A stretch of 64,000 bases of DNA from an uncultured Gammaproteobacteria bacterium (GTDB lineage Bacteria; Patescibacteriota; Patescibacteriia; Patescibacteriales; Patescibacteriaceae). Position numbers and translations under genes: made by a program. A model generated the notes under the pieces. That model was not told the origin of the DNA, did not search any database, and saw only the letters and a program-made list of their open reading frames with translations. This document shows, one piece after another, positions 8,282-17,998 of this stretch (the first letter of the stretch is position 1; each line of letters starts with the position of its first letter). The stretch lies in contig CAYOAH010000001.1 in NCBI GenBank assembly GCA_964401905.1, positions 45,162 through 109,161 of the forward strand, read 5' to 3'.

Positions 8282-8348
8282 ACGTTTGTTTAAGGGGCGG
8301 TGAGCGGAGAAGCGCGCCGTTACCGGCCCGCCACCAGCCTATCTGTAA

Positions 8349-8894
8349 TTAAAGCTTATTAATCTGTAAAAAATCTAACTCTACCGGGGTCTCGCGACCG
8401 AACATGGAAATCAGCAATTTGACCTTGCCGCGGTTTTCATCAACCTCGGTGACCTTGCCTTCCAAATTCTTGAACGGACCGTCAATAATCCGCACCGGTG
8501 AGCCGACGGACACATCAATCTTAAACTTCGGTTCATCCAAGCCCATTCTCTTTTGCAATTCTTTAATCTCGGCTTCATCAATCGGCGTTGGCACGGTGCC
8601 GGTACCGACAAAACCGGTAACATTCGGCGTATTGCGAATAGCATACCAGGAATCATCAGTCACAATCATTTCCACTAAGATATAGCCGGGGAAAATCTTT
8701 TCCTCATAAACCTTGCGCTTGCCGTTGACGATTTTAATCTTCTTTTCGATCGGAATCATGACATTAAAGATTTTGTCTTCCATGTCCATCGATTCAATGC
8801 GCTGCTTGATATTCTGGGCGACATTTTCTTCATAGCCCGAATAAGTGTGCAGGACATACCAGCGCCGTCCTTGATTAAGAGTTTGTTTAGCCAT
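8349..8894 (-). CDS. nusG: Transcription termination/antitermination factor NusG
   Basis: RWYVLHTYSGYEENV... NGN domain plus a KOW region (GSPVRIIDGPFKNLEGKV). Located in the secE-nusG-rplK-rplA cluster. Confidence 0.95.
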   Translation of the reverse strand: MAKQTLNQGRRWYVLHTYSGYEENVAQNIKQRIESMDMEDKIFNVMIPIEKKIKIVNGKRKVYEEKIFPGYILVEMIVTDDSWYAIRNTPNVTGFVGTGTVPTPIDEAEIKELQKRMGLDEPKFKIDVSVGSPVRIIDGPFKNLEGKVTEVDENRGKVKLLISMFGRETPVELDFLQINKL

Positions 8895-8916
8895 AGGAAT
8901 GAACTAAAATTAGTGA

Positions 8917-9102
8917 TTATTGCTTAATCAGCAACTTCAAGCCTGCCGCGAATAAAGCATCTAGGCCGCCCAAAAAAATGGCGGTGCCCACGCTGATGCC
9001 AATGACTAGCAAGGTGTAGTTGTAGGTTTCTTTCTTAGTCGGCCAGGCGACCTTCTTGATTTCCGCCCAAGCTGAACGAAAATAAGCAGTGATTTTCTCC
9101 AT
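8917..9102 (-). CDS. secE: Preprotein translocase subunit SecE
   Basis: 61 aa with a single TM segment, containing AEIKKVAWPTKKE, directly upstream of nusG. Confidence 0.8.
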   Translation of the reverse strand: MEKITAYFRSAWAEIKKVAWPTKKETYNYTLLVIGISVGTAIFLGGLDALFAAGLKLLIKQ

Positions 9103-9189
9103 AAATCTTGATTTTAAAAACAGCCCTGGCGGGCGTTTTATTGATAGTTCTATTTTATCAAAAGCGGTCTGTATTTGTCAACATTCTTG

Positions 9190-9261
9190 TACCACCACGG
9201 GGAATCGAACCCCGGTTACATGGATGAGAACCATGCGTCCTAGCCGCTAGACGATGGTGGC
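9190..9261 (-). tRNA. tRNA-Glu (anticodon CUC), no encoded CCA
   Basis: Hand-folded cloverleaf, 72 nt. Acceptor GCCACCA/TGGTGGT (G1-U72). D arm GTCT/GGAC. Anticodon stem CATGG/CCATG with loop TTCTCAT. T arm CGGGG-TTCGATT-CCCCG. The D and T regions resemble E. coli tRNA-Glu. Confidence 0.85.
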
Positions 9262-9313
9262 GTCTATAATTCGCTTGGTAATATACCAAAAACTTTCTGG
9301 TCTGTCCAGCCCT

Positions 9314-10249
9314 TTAGGCTAAATATTCTCCCAAGATATCGGCTTGGCCGATCAAAAATTCGCTGGCGCTAACCGCCTGACGGCCGGCTAACTGCAGACA
9401 ATGGATAATCAAGGCGCCTTGACCGCTGCCAATAGCCAACTGCCCATCAATTAAGCCGACTTTACCGGGATTAAGCCAGCCCTGATTAGATACCGCCGCG
9501 GCCATAATCTTCAAACGCTGATCGTGCCAATTCGTCCAAGCACCCGGCGCCGGCTGCATCGCCCGTACCAATCTCTCAATCTCTGGAGCCGGCTGATGCC
9601 AATCAATCTTGGCATCGGCCGTCGCCACCAAACCGACATAGCTGGCTTGGCTGTCATCTTGCGGCTGAGTGGTTAGACGTCCTTCAATATACCCGATGAG
9701 GGTATCTGGCAAAATATCAGCGGCGACTTGCCCAATTTTACTGGCTAAACTGCCCATCGTTTCATCACTGGCTAAGTCAATTTTAACCTGAGTAATGACC
9801 GGTCCGGCATCTAATTCTTTAATCAATTTCATTATGGAGATGCCGGTTTGCTGATCGCCATTAATAATCGGGGCCGATAATACACCAGCGCCGCGATATT
9901 TCGGCAACAGCGAGCCATGAACATTAACCCAGCCTTGCGGCGGCATCTCCAGTAGCACTTGAGGAATCAATTGGCCATAAGCGATAACCGCAACCACATC
10001 CGGTTTGATATCGGCTAACACTGGCTGCCAAGTTTTTAATTTTTCCGGCTGCCAAACCGTTAAGCCATTATTTAGGGCCCAAACCTTAGCTGGCGGGGGA
10101 GTCAACTTGAGACCGCGGCCAGCCGGTTGATCCGGCTGAGTTAATAGTCCCAAGACCTGAAAACGCTGGTCATCAGCTATCGCTTGAAAGGCCGGCACGG
10201 CCAATTGCGGCGAACCGGCTAATAATATTTTAACCTTAGGGCTAGTCAT
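9314..10249 (-). CDS. fmt: Methionyl-tRNA formyltransferase
   Basis: Fmt-like N-terminus, NVHGSLLPKYRGAGV motif, and adjacency to def. Confidence 0.9.
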   Translation of the reverse strand: MTSPKVKILLAGSPQLAVPAFQAIADDQRFQVLGLLTQPDQPAGRGLKLTPPPAKVWALNNGLTVWQPEKLKTWQPVLADIKPDVVAVIAYGQLIPQVLLEMPPQGWVNVHGSLLPKYRGAGVLSAPIINGDQQTGISIMKLIKELDAGPVITQVKIDLASDETMGSLASKIGQVAADILPDTLIGYIEGRLTTQPQDDSQASYVGLVATADAKIDWHQPAPEIERLVRAMQPAPGAWTNWHDQRLKIMAAAVSNQGWLNPGKVGLIDGQLAIGSGQGALIIHCLQLAGRQAVSASEFLIGQADILGEYLA

Positions 10250-10251
10250 GA

Positions 10252-10728
10252 TTACTGATTTAGGTGATCAATAAACAACACGCCGTCAAGGTGATCAACC
10301 TCGTGCTGAATGACTCGAGCTAAGGCGCCCTTAGCCGGTAGATGAACTTCCTGCCCCAAATCATTGATATAATGGCAAACCAATTCTTTAGACCGCCGGA
10401 CTGGACCAAAAACATTGGGCACCGACAAGCATCCCTCTTCCTCAACAATGGTAGCCGAACTTAAATCACTCAAGACCGGATTAATCATCGGCCAGACGCC
10501 CTCATCAGTATTGACCACAATCAAGCGCCAATTGCGGCCGATTTGCGGCGCCGCTAAACCGACACCGTCCTTGACTAGCATGGTTTTGGCCATATCAACT
10601 ATCAATTCTTGGAATTTCTTGTCTTGAAGCATAGCTAAATCAACCGTCTGAGCTACGCGGCGCAGGCGGGAATCGGGATTGATGACTAGCCGCCGAACCC
10701 GGCCGCTGGAAATTTGCTTTTGATCCAT
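10252..10728 (-). CDS. def: Peptide deformylase
   Basis: Motifs GLAAPQIG, EGCLSVP and HEVDHLDG. Confidence 0.92.
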   Translation of the reverse strand: MDQKQISSGRVRRLVINPDSRLRRVAQTVDLAMLQDKKFQELIVDMAKTMLVKDGVGLAAPQIGRNWRLIVVNTDEGVWPMINPVLSDLSSATIVEEEGCLSVPNVFGPVRRSKELVCHYINDLGQEVHLPAKGALARVIQHEVDHLDGVLFIDHLNQ

Positions 10729-10785
10729 AGCTTCGTTATAATTTATAGGTCTTTTATCTTAAAACTTTTGTCTTATTTGCGCAAT

Positions 10786-11079
10786 ATGCCCCGCGATGTC
10801 CGCCAATTTACCGATATCAGCCAATTAATCAACCGGCCGCGGCCAATAATCAAGCCGACCGCTTATCCTTGGCAACAATTGGCCCTCGAGGTAATTGAAC
10901 GGCTGCGCATACCTGATTTTAAACGTAATTCAGTTTTTAAGGCCTGCCAGCAGTTTCCCGAATCAATCATCCGCCAAGCCGTTATTGACACTCAGGAACT
11001 CTGCCAACAAGGCTCGCGTTGGCAGTATTTTTTCAAAATTCTGGGCAATTATCGCCAAGACCAGCCTACTCGGCGCTAG
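10786..11079 (+). CDS. Hypothetical protein (97 aa)
   Basis: ORF only. Trimmed to ATG 10786 because the listed start overlaps def. No recognised motif. Confidence 0.35.
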   Translation: MPRDVRQFTDISQLINRPRPIIKPTAYPWQQLALEVIERLRIPDFKRNSVFKACQQFPESIIRQAVIDTQELCQQGSRWQYFFKILGNYRQDQPTRR

Positions 11080-11866
11080 CCGGCTGCCACTGCCAAACCG
11101 CGCCGCCAACCCCGAAAGGCGCTTCATAAGCCAAGTTCTGCCACGATCCCGCTTGCCAAGCCAAGGCAGCTTGTAAAGTCAGATAAGCCAGCCAAGCGCA
11201 TTGGCCGGTTTCATTAGCTTTATCTATTGGTAATTCCAATAACGCTTGGCCATCATTTTGCCGCAAGGCTTCTTGCAGGCGCTGGTCAAACTTGTGGCCG
11301 CGCGCCTGTAAACCATTCGGCTGATCAGCCCCTAAACAATGGGCTAAATCGCCGGAACCGATTAACGCCGCTTTGCCCGGCCATTGTCGCAAAAATTCTC
11401 CCAGCCGCCGACCAAACTCCGCCTGCCGCTCCGGCTGATTATCTATATAACCGATCGGCAAAATCGGCACATTCTTTAAATCTTCGCTTAATAAAAGCAG
11501 CGGCACGGCCGTGCCATAATCCAACTCCGGCTGGCTATAAAAACGCAATTGTTCGGTTTGTCCCAAAAAGCCCTGCAACTCTTCGGCCAAGCCCAAAGCG
11601 CCCGGCCATTGCCCTTGAGTGAGCAAATCGCCGAACAAGCTTAAATCAACCTGATAATTCAAGCAAACGTTGGCGTTCCACCAGTCTGGCCCGCTAACGG
11701 CATGGGCAGAAATAATAACTATCGCCTCCGGCTGAGCCGCCGCCAAATTTTTAGCTAACAAATTATAAGCTTCCAGTGTTTTTCCCAGTTGAGCCCGATG
11801 TTCTTTGCCGATATTCGGCGCCAGAAGCGGTGAGTGCGGCACGAGGCCGGCAAAAGCTAAGGCCAT
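11066..11866 (-). CDS. Memo/LigB-type (class III extradiol dioxygenase B-like, AmmeMemoRadiSam-B-like) protein
   Basis: N-terminus AFAGLVPHSPLL, then IISAHA and SGDLAH, as in the Memo/LigB family. Confidence 0.55.
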   Translation of the reverse strand: MALAFAGLVPHSPLLAPNIGKEHRAQLGKTLEAYNLLAKNLAAAQPEAIVIISAHAVSGPDWWNANVCLNYQVDLSLFGDLLTQGQWPGALGLAEELQGFLGQTEQLRFYSQPELDYGTAVPLLLLSEDLKNVPILPIGYIDNQPERQAEFGRRLGEFLRQWPGKAALIGSGDLAHCLGADQPNGLQARGHKFDQRLQEALRQNDGQALLELPIDKANETGQCAWLAYLTLQAALAWQAGSWQNLAYEAPFGVGGAVWQWQPASAE

Positions 11867-11870
11867 ATTA

Positions 11871-13418
11871 TTAAGGATTGGTTGAAGTTGGACTAGTCGT
11901 AGCGGCAGTCGTTGTTGGTGCTAGGCTATCAGGCGTTGAGGTGGCAATGGGCTGACCATAATCGGCTGGCAAATTATCTTCAACAATCGGCCCTTGGCTA
12001 TAAAGACTGAAGTGGCGAGAATTAATAGTAATGATATTGGCCCAGCTATATCCTAAGTAGTTAAACATTCGTTCGCTGGCAATCAGCCGCCGCTGGCCAT
12101 GATCCAACAAATAAACGTTGGGGTCGCCATCCAGCTTGATTAAGCTGCCGTCGTCCAAGCTAACCGGCTCAACCGTTTTGTAGGCAGCCAACTCTTTTTG
12201 GTCGGCGGGAATAATTCGCCGCTGAGCAAACTTGGCCGCTAGGGTGGCCCGATCTAGGATTGGCGCCTTACTGCCTTCTTCCACCCAATAAACGCCGCCG
12301 GTTTTCTTATCTTGTAATAGCGCGCCAGTCGGATAAGTCGAGGTAACCGTAATCGGCGTTGATTCTTTATAGGCGGCCAATTCCTCCCAACTGCCCTTGA
12401 TTACTTCTTGGCGATTAAAGCCCATCTTGGCGAAAGCCTGTTGGCTGGTAAAGCCGCGGCGCTTATCATCAACCAAGAGATAAACCGCTCCAGATGGCGC
12501 CTGGACTAAAGCGTATTGTTGAAACTTAATCGGCGTGCCTTCCGGATAGCTGTCTAAATCTTCCGGCCTGACTATGACAATCTTATTGGGGTTAAACCGT
12601 GAAACTAAGGCGCCGCGGCTGGAGAATGGCCGCTTGCGGCCGGACTGGATCAGATAAACTGTCTCTTGGCCGGCAGCTTGCAGCAAAGACCCGTCGGGGT
12701 ATACCTGAGTGAAATAGCGCTGCCAAATATTCCAAAAATTATAGTTGCCATTATAGACGTGGGGGGTATAGTTATAAAGCGCGGCGGTTGCCCGATTGGC
12801 CGGAACAACAATCATCGGGTCGCGGCCGGTATTGGTTATGGTATAGGTTTGACCAACTTGATATTTATAATAACGGGGATTAACCATATAATCGTAGAAC
12901 TGCAGCGCCGCGGCGTTAACTTGCTTGCCAAAGCCGCGCCAGCGTTCGCCGCAGGCGGCATTATCTGGACAGCCATAGCCGACCGCCCAATCTAATTGGC
13001 TTTGTCGCGGCCCCTTGCTGTCAATCAAGCTCTGTTCTTTTTGCAATAGAACGATTAAAAAACGGGGATTGATTGACACTTTGACGCACTTGATTCTGGC
13101 CTCTTCAATGTCCTGCGGGTTATTAACTTCAACGCCGCTGCAATCATAACTATTGACCGCGGCATTATAGATGATCTCGGCGGCGCTGCGGACAACCCCA
13201 TAATAATCAGTTGTCCGATAGGTAGCTAAAAAACTGCCGCGATCTTCCAGAAAGCTTTGAATCTCTCCCAAATTCATGGCCGCGCTATCCATAATCTCCT
13301 GATCGGTGATAATCAGGTTAGGATCAAAATCGGCCGCTTGAGCTCGGCTGCCAGCAACTAGCCAGCTGCTGGCAATTAAACCGATAATTAGCAAAACTTT
13401 ACTGGTCAATGATTTCAT
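11871..13418 (-). CDS. Secreted protein with four C-terminal repeats of about 50-55 aa (cell-wall associated?)
   Basis: Signal peptide MKSLTSKVLLIIGLIASSWLVAGSRAQA. Repeats begin at TVYLIQSGRKRPF, AVYLLVDDKRRGF, GVYWVEEGSKAPI and NVYLLDHGQRRLI. T/P-rich tail. Confidence 0.6.
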   Translation of the reverse strand: MKSLTSKVLLIIGLIASSWLVAGSRAQAADFDPNLIITDQEIMDSAAMNLGEIQSFLEDRGSFLATYRTTDYYGVVRSAAEIIYNAAVNSYDCSGVEVNNPQDIEEARIKCVKVSINPRFLIVLLQKEQSLIDSKGPRQSQLDWAVGYGCPDNAACGERWRGFGKQVNAAALQFYDYMVNPRYYKYQVGQTYTITNTGRDPMIVVPANRATAALYNYTPHVYNGNYNFWNIWQRYFTQVYPDGSLLQAAGQETVYLIQSGRKRPFSSRGALVSRFNPNKIVIVRPEDLDSYPEGTPIKFQQYALVQAPSGAVYLLVDDKRRGFTSQQAFAKMGFNRQEVIKGSWEELAAYKESTPITVTSTYPTGALLQDKKTGGVYWVEEGSKAPILDRATLAAKFAQRRIIPADQKELAAYKTVEPVSLDDGSLIKLDGDPNVYLLDHGQRRLIASERMFNYLGYSWANIITINSRHFSLYSQGPIVEDNLPADYGQPIATSTPDSLAPTTTAATTSPTSTNP

Positions 13419-13422
13419 GTGG

Positions 13423-16080
13423 TTAATCTTGATGATTTTTTAATTCAACGCCGGCCTTAAAAATAATTTTATTGCCCGACGATAAGTCGGCATTAATTAT
13501 ATCACCCTCTTTAATTTTGCCCTCAATTATTTGCAAAGCCAATTCATCTAATAATTGATTCTGAATAACTCGTTTCAGCGGCCGTGCGCCAAAGGTAATG
13601 TCATAACCTTGGTCGGCCAAGAACCGCTTGATCTTGGCGGTCACTTTAAATTTGATGCCTTTAATCGCCAGGCGTTGGCTGACTTTCCGCAGTTCCAATT
13701 CAACAATATTACCCAAAGCTTCCTTACTCAGACTCTTAAAAATAACAATTTCATCAATCCGATTCAGGAACTCCAATTTAAAGTGCTGCTTAAGGATATT
13801 GTCAATCTTGTCTTTCATCTCATCCTCGCGAACTTCGGCCAGTTTCTTGGCATCGCTGCCATCATAAAAACCAATGGAATAATCCTTAATGACTTCATTG
13901 CCCAAATTGGAAGTCATGATGATGATGGTGTTCTTAAAATTAATCACTCGGCCTTTGGCATCAGTCAAGCGGCCGTCATCCAAAATTTGTAACAAAATAT
14001 TAAAAACCTCGGGATGAGCCTTTTCTATTTCATCAAACAAAATAACACTGTAGGGGCGGCGGCGCACCCGATCAATCAATTGGCCGCTATCGTCATAGCC
14101 GATGTAGCCGGCTGGCGCTCCCAAAATCTTGGAAACGCTATGCTTTTCCATAAATTCGCTCATATCTAAACGAATCAGGGCATTTTCATCATCAAACATG
14201 AATTCCGCCAAAGTCTTGGCCAGTTCAGTCTTACCAACACCAGTTGGACCGACAAATAAGAAAGAGCCGATTGGCTTTTTTTCTTCGCTGATACCGGCCC
14301 GTGACCGGCGAATGGCGTTGGCTACCGCCACAATCGCTTCAGCTTGGCCAACTACCCGGGCCTTGAGATAATCTTCAATCTTGGTTAGTTTCTGAGCCTC
14401 GGTTTCCAGCATCCGAGCCATCGGGATACCAGTCCAACGGGCCACTACTTTAGCGATATCTTCTTCGTCAACCTCTTCTTTTAAAATCCGCTGGCCGTTG
14501 CTCTGAATCTTTAGTAAATTCTGCCGCTCCGTTTCAATAGCTTTTTCTAAATCCGGAATCCGGCTATAACGAATCTCCGCCACTCTAGTCAAATCATCGC
14601 CGCGCCGCTCAATAATTTCCGCCTGCGCCCGCAATTCATCAATATCTTTTTTAAACTGGCGAATTTTGGAGATAATCTCTTTTTCATTGGACCAATGCAG
14701 CTCCAGCTGTTTGGCCTTTTCCTTTAAATTTTCCAAATCACGATTGACCTTGCGAGCTTTTTCTTTATTATCTTCTTTTAATAGGCCGGCCTTCATAATT
14801 TCCAGACGGCGAATTTCTCTTTTGAGGCCGTCCAATTCGTCCGGCGAGGAATCAATCTCCATCCGCAAGCTGGAGGTGGCTTCATCAATCAAATCAACCG
14901 CCTTATCCGGCAGAAAACGATCGGTAATATAGCGAGCCGATAATTTGACCGCGGCAATCAAGGCGTCATCAGTGATCCGCACGCCGTGATGAACTTCATA
15001 TTTTTCTTTAATCCCGCGCAAAATGGCGATAGCATCCTCAACGCTCGGCTCTTCCACGAAAATCGGCTGAAAACGCCGTTCCAAGGCGGCGTCTTTTTCA
15101 ATATATTTTTGGTATTCTTTAGTGGTTGTGGCGCCGACCAATTTAATTTCACCGCGCGCCAATGCCGGCTTCAGCATATTGGAAGCGTCCATGGACCCTT
15201 CTGAAGCGCCGGCCCCGACAATAGTATGGAGCTCATCGACGAATAAAATAACTTGACCATTGCTTTTCTGCACCTCTTTGATGACCGACTTGAGCCGGTC
15301 TTCAAATTCGCCCCGAAACTTGGCGCCGGCAATCAAGGCGCCCAAATCTAGACTGACTAATTCTTTGCCTTTCAAAGTTTCTGGCACATCGCCAGCGATA
15401 ATCCGCTGAGCCAAGCCTTCCACGATAGCTGTTTTACCGGTGCCGGCTTCACCGATTAGAACTGGGTTATTTTTGGTCCGCCGTGACAAAACCTGCATAA
15501 TGCGGCGGATTTCCTCATCACGGCCAATGACCGGATCCAATTTTTTCTGGCGGGCTAAATCAGTTAAATTAATGGCGTATTTCTGTAAAATCTTATATTT
15601 CTTTTCGGCATCAGTTGACCCGGCCGCCTGTGAACCGCGGAGCTCAATCAAGGCCTTGAGCAGACCTTCATAACCCAGTCCGACTTTCAATAAAATTGAT
15701 TGCGCTTTGGACTTGATACCGACAATCGCTAACAGTAAATGCTCGGTGGCAATATATTCATCATCTAAATTTTTGGCTTCTTTTCGCGCCCGCTCAATTA
15801 CCATTGAGGCTTCAGCTGTGCCCTGAACCACGCCCTCGGCGACTTCGGCCCGATCAGATTTCGGTAACTTATCTAATTCAGCCTCGGTCTGGCTAGCCAC
15901 TAAGTCTGGATCGATCTTTTGCGCCTCAATAATTGGGCGCACCAAGCTCTCATCCTGTTGTAATAGGGCTAAAAGCAGGTGCAAGGCGCCGATAAACTCC
16001 TGGCCGAACTGCTGGGCAACTATCTGAGCGTTAATAATGGCTTCTTGCGATTTTTGAGTAAATTTATCTAGCATGTCCAT
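13423..16080 (-). CDS. clpB: ATP-dependent chaperone ClpB
   Basis: Clp_N repeats and two AAA+ modules ([14 protein letters not shown] and [22 protein letters not shown]), with a long coiled-coil M-domain between them. Confidence 0.9.
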   Translation of the reverse strand: MDMLDKFTQKSQEAIINAQIVAQQFGQEFIGALHLLLALLQQDESLVRPIIEAQKIDPDLVASQTEAELDKLPKSDRAEVAEGVVQGTAEASMVIERARKEAKNLDDEYIATEHLLLAIVGIKSKAQSILLKVGLGYEGLLKALIELRGSQAAGSTDAEKKYKILQKYAINLTDLARQKKLDPVIGRDEEIRRIMQVLSRRTKNNPVLIGEAGTGKTAIVEGLAQRIIAGDVPETLKGKELVSLDLGALIAGAKFRGEFEDRLKSVIKEVQKSNGQVILFVDELHTIVGAGASEGSMDASNMLKPALARGEIKLVGATTTKEYQKYIEKDAALERRFQPIFVEEPSVEDAIAILRGIKEKYEVHHGVRITDDALIAAVKLSARYITDRFLPDKAVDLIDEATSSLRMEIDSSPDELDGLKREIRRLEIMKAGLLKEDNKEKARKVNRDLENLKEKAKQLELHWSNEKEIISKIRQFKKDIDELRAQAEIIERRGDDLTRVAEIRYSRIPDLEKAIETERQNLLKIQSNGQRILKEEVDEEDIAKVVARWTGIPMARMLETEAQKLTKIEDYLKARVVGQAEAIVAVANAIRRSRAGISEEKKPIGSFLFVGPTGVGKTELAKTLAEFMFDDENALIRLDMSEFMEKHSVSKILGAPAGYIGYDDSGQLIDRVRRRPYSVILFDEIEKAHPEVFNILLQILDDGRLTDAKGRVINFKNTIIIMTSNLGNEVIKDYSIGFYDGSDAKKLAEVREDEMKDKIDNILKQHFKLEFLNRIDEIVIFKSLSKEALGNIVELELRKVSQRLAIKGIKFKVTAKIKRFLADQGYDITFGARPLKRVIQNQLLDELALQIIEGKIKEGDIINADLSSGNKIIFKAGVELKNHQD

Positions 16081-16108
16081 ATTATTTATAGGCTATTAAG
16101 CTAATTAT

Positions 16109-16135
16109 TTAGCAGTCGCTGGTCTAGACTGCTAA
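16109..16135. promoter_or_regulatory. CIRCE-like inverted repeat (putative HrcA operator) in the clpB leader
   Basis: TTAGCAGTC-N9-GACTGCTAA is a perfect 9-bp inverted repeat. The CIRCE consensus is TTAGCACTC-N9-GAGTGCTAA. On the minus strand an extended -10 (TGCTATAAT) sits at 16170-16178, so the repeat lies between that promoter and the clpB ATG at 16080. Confidence 0.6.
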
Positions 16136-16305
16136 AAATAATATAGCCGAGCCGGCGTCGTCTGTCAAGATTATAGCATAAAAATCGCCGAGCTAAAAAT
16201 TAACCAATTAGCTGTTGACAAAAACATCAATTAAGCGTAATTTGAGACGACATCAATTTGTACCTATTGTACCTAAAAATCAATAAAATAAAAGAGGAGG
16301 AGGTT

Positions 16306-16851
16306 ATGGAAACTTCCAAAAATCTCGCCGCCCAGATCGTTGATAGCGCTTGCCAAGAGTTCCAACAATTCGTTGGCCAGCAAACAACCTTGGTGTCTAT
16401 GGCGCAGAGAGCCGGCACGCAGGCAAAGGCTTATAAAATAATCACCGTATTTATAGCAGCCCTATTCTTTATAACCATGTTTGCTAGCTTGTTTGTAAAG
16501 CAAGGTTACAATATGGTTATTATTGCCGTAAGCGCCGTAGGGGTAGCAGCTATTGTTTTTTTTATTATATATCTTTGCTATGCAGGGAAAGAACGCGCCT
16601 GTTACCGAGATATTAAAACAATTGCCGCCGGCCGCCTTAGCTATACCAAGAAAGCAATCAACCGGGCGCTAATGGAGCACATGTGCGCCAACGAAGATGA
16701 CAACACCGAAGACTTTTATTTTAAGCGGATGAAGAAAATCACCAGCGGCTTCTTCGCTGATGATTTCAATTCCTCCCTAACCGCGGAGGAAACATCCGAG
16801 ATAAGAAATTGGCTGAGATCCAGCTACTCAGCCTGCCTCCGAGCCGATTAA
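16306..16851 (+). CDS. Hypothetical membrane protein (2 predicted TM segments)
   Basis: The ATG at 16306 follows AGGAGGAGG. Hydrophobic segments IITVFIAALFFITMFASLFV and VIIAVSAVGVAAIVFFIIYL. Confidence 0.55.
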   Translation: METSKNLAAQIVDSACQEFQQFVGQQTTLVSMAQRAGTQAKAYKIITVFIAALFFITMFASLFVKQGYNMVIIAVSAVGVAAIVFFIIYLCYAGKERACYRDIKTIAAGRLSYTKKAINRALMEHMCANEDDNTEDFYFKRMKKITSGFFADDFNSSLTAEETSEIRNWLRSSYSACLRAD

Positions 16852-16873
16852 CTTCTTTCTGTCTTTCTCCACT

Positions 16874-16898
16874 AAGCCTCTCTAGGGAGGCTTTTTTA
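16874..16898 (+). terminator. Rho-independent terminator
   Basis: AAGCCTC (16874-16880), loop TCTAGG, GAGGCTT (16887-16893), then a T-run. Confidence 0.55.
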
Positions 16899-16934
16899 TT
16901 TTCTAAATAGCCAAAAGACGATATAATTATCTTA

Positions 16935-17264
16935 ATGAAAAAAATAATTCCACCAATCACTCCTTTTGCCTCGCTAGTCTACTCGGCGACCCAGCAAATC
17001 CCTCGAGGACGCCTCAGCACTTACGGCGCCATTGCTCAGGCCATTGGCCGGCCACGGGCAGCTCGGGCGGTCGGCCAAGCCCTGAACCGTAATCCATATT
17101 GGCCAGCCGTGCCGTGCCAGCGCGTCGTTGGCAGCACCGGCCAGCTGACCGGCTTTGCCACCGGCCTCAATAAAAAACGACAGCTCTTGCAACAAGAGGG
17201 TATAGTTATTAAAAATAATCGCGTCACTGATCTGGCCCGAGTTTTTTATCAGCCACATTTATGA
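16935..17264 (+). CDS. MGMT/Ogt-family DNA-binding domain protein (single domain, PCQRV variant)
   Basis: YGAIAQAIGRPRAARAVGQALNRNPYWPAVPCQRVVGSTGQLTGF matches the C-terminal O6-alkylguanine transferase domain, with Gln in place of the His in PCHRV. Confidence 0.75.
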   Translation: MKKIIPPITPFASLVYSATQQIPRGRLSTYGAIAQAIGRPRAARAVGQALNRNPYWPAVPCQRVVGSTGQLTGFATGLNKKRQLLQQEGIVIKNNRVTDLARVFYQPHL

Positions 17265-17998
17265 AAATCAATGAATCATCTCAAAATAGCTACTCCGCTA
17301 TTCGCCAAGCCCTACAAGAACTAGCCAACCCAGCCAAAGCGGCGATTCTTAGTCGCTTTTTTAAGACCGGTCCAGGGGAATATGGCCAGGGCGATATTTT
17401 TTGGGGTATTACGGTGCCGGAGCAACGAATAGTTGCTAAGCGTTTCGCTAATTTACCGCTGGCCGCCATCAAGGAAATGCTAGCTGATCCAATTCACGAA
17501 GTCCGCCTAACAGCCGGACTGATCTTGGTTGACCAATACCAGCATAACCCGAACCAACACCAAGGCTATTTAGATTTTTATCTAAACAACATTAGAAGTT
17601 TTAATAATTGGGACCTGATTGACCTAACCGCTCCCAAGATAATCGGCCAACATTTAGTTAATAATCAAAACAAGAAACTGCTCAAAGAACTCAGCCGCAA
17701 TAATAATATGTGGGCTAGGCGAGCAGCCATGGTCGCCAACTTAACGCTTATTAAATCCGGCGACTACCAAACAGCCTTGCAAATGGCGCCTCAATACTTA
17801 AAAGAACAGCACGATTTGCTCCATAAAGCTACTGGCTGGGTTCTGCGAGAGGTGGGCAAGCGTAATCAAGCGGCTTTGCTGAATTTCTTAGACCACTGGG
17901 CTGGCCGAATGCCCAGAGTTATGTTAAGGTATAGCCTAGAAAAATTACCGGAACCACTCCGGCAAAAATATTTACAAGTCCGTTATGTCAACTATTAA
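17261..17998 (+). CDS. DNA alkylation repair protein (AlkC/AlkD-like HEAT-repeat glycosylase family)
   Basis: LANPAKAAILSRFFKTGPGEYGQGDIFWGITVPEQR and WDLIDL... are typical of this family. The start overlaps the upstream stop by 4 nt. Confidence 0.7.
   Translation: MKINESSQNSYSAIRQALQELANPAKAAILSRFFKTGPGEYGQGDIFWGITVPEQRIVAKRFANLPLAAIKEMLADPIHEVRLTAGLILVDQYQHNPNQHQGYLDFYLNNIRSFNNWDLIDLTAPKIIGQHLVNNQNKKLLKELSRNNNMWARRAAMVANLTLIKSGDYQTALQMAPQYLKEQHDLLHKATGWVLREVGKRNQAALLNFLDHWAGRMPRVMLRYSLEKLPEPLRQKYLQVRYVNY

Noticed and set aside
10714-10785. A longer version of the 10714..11079 ORF.
   Set aside because: The listed start overlaps the def start codon region on the other strand. An internal ATG at 10786 is more plausible. 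The gene itself remains low confidence.
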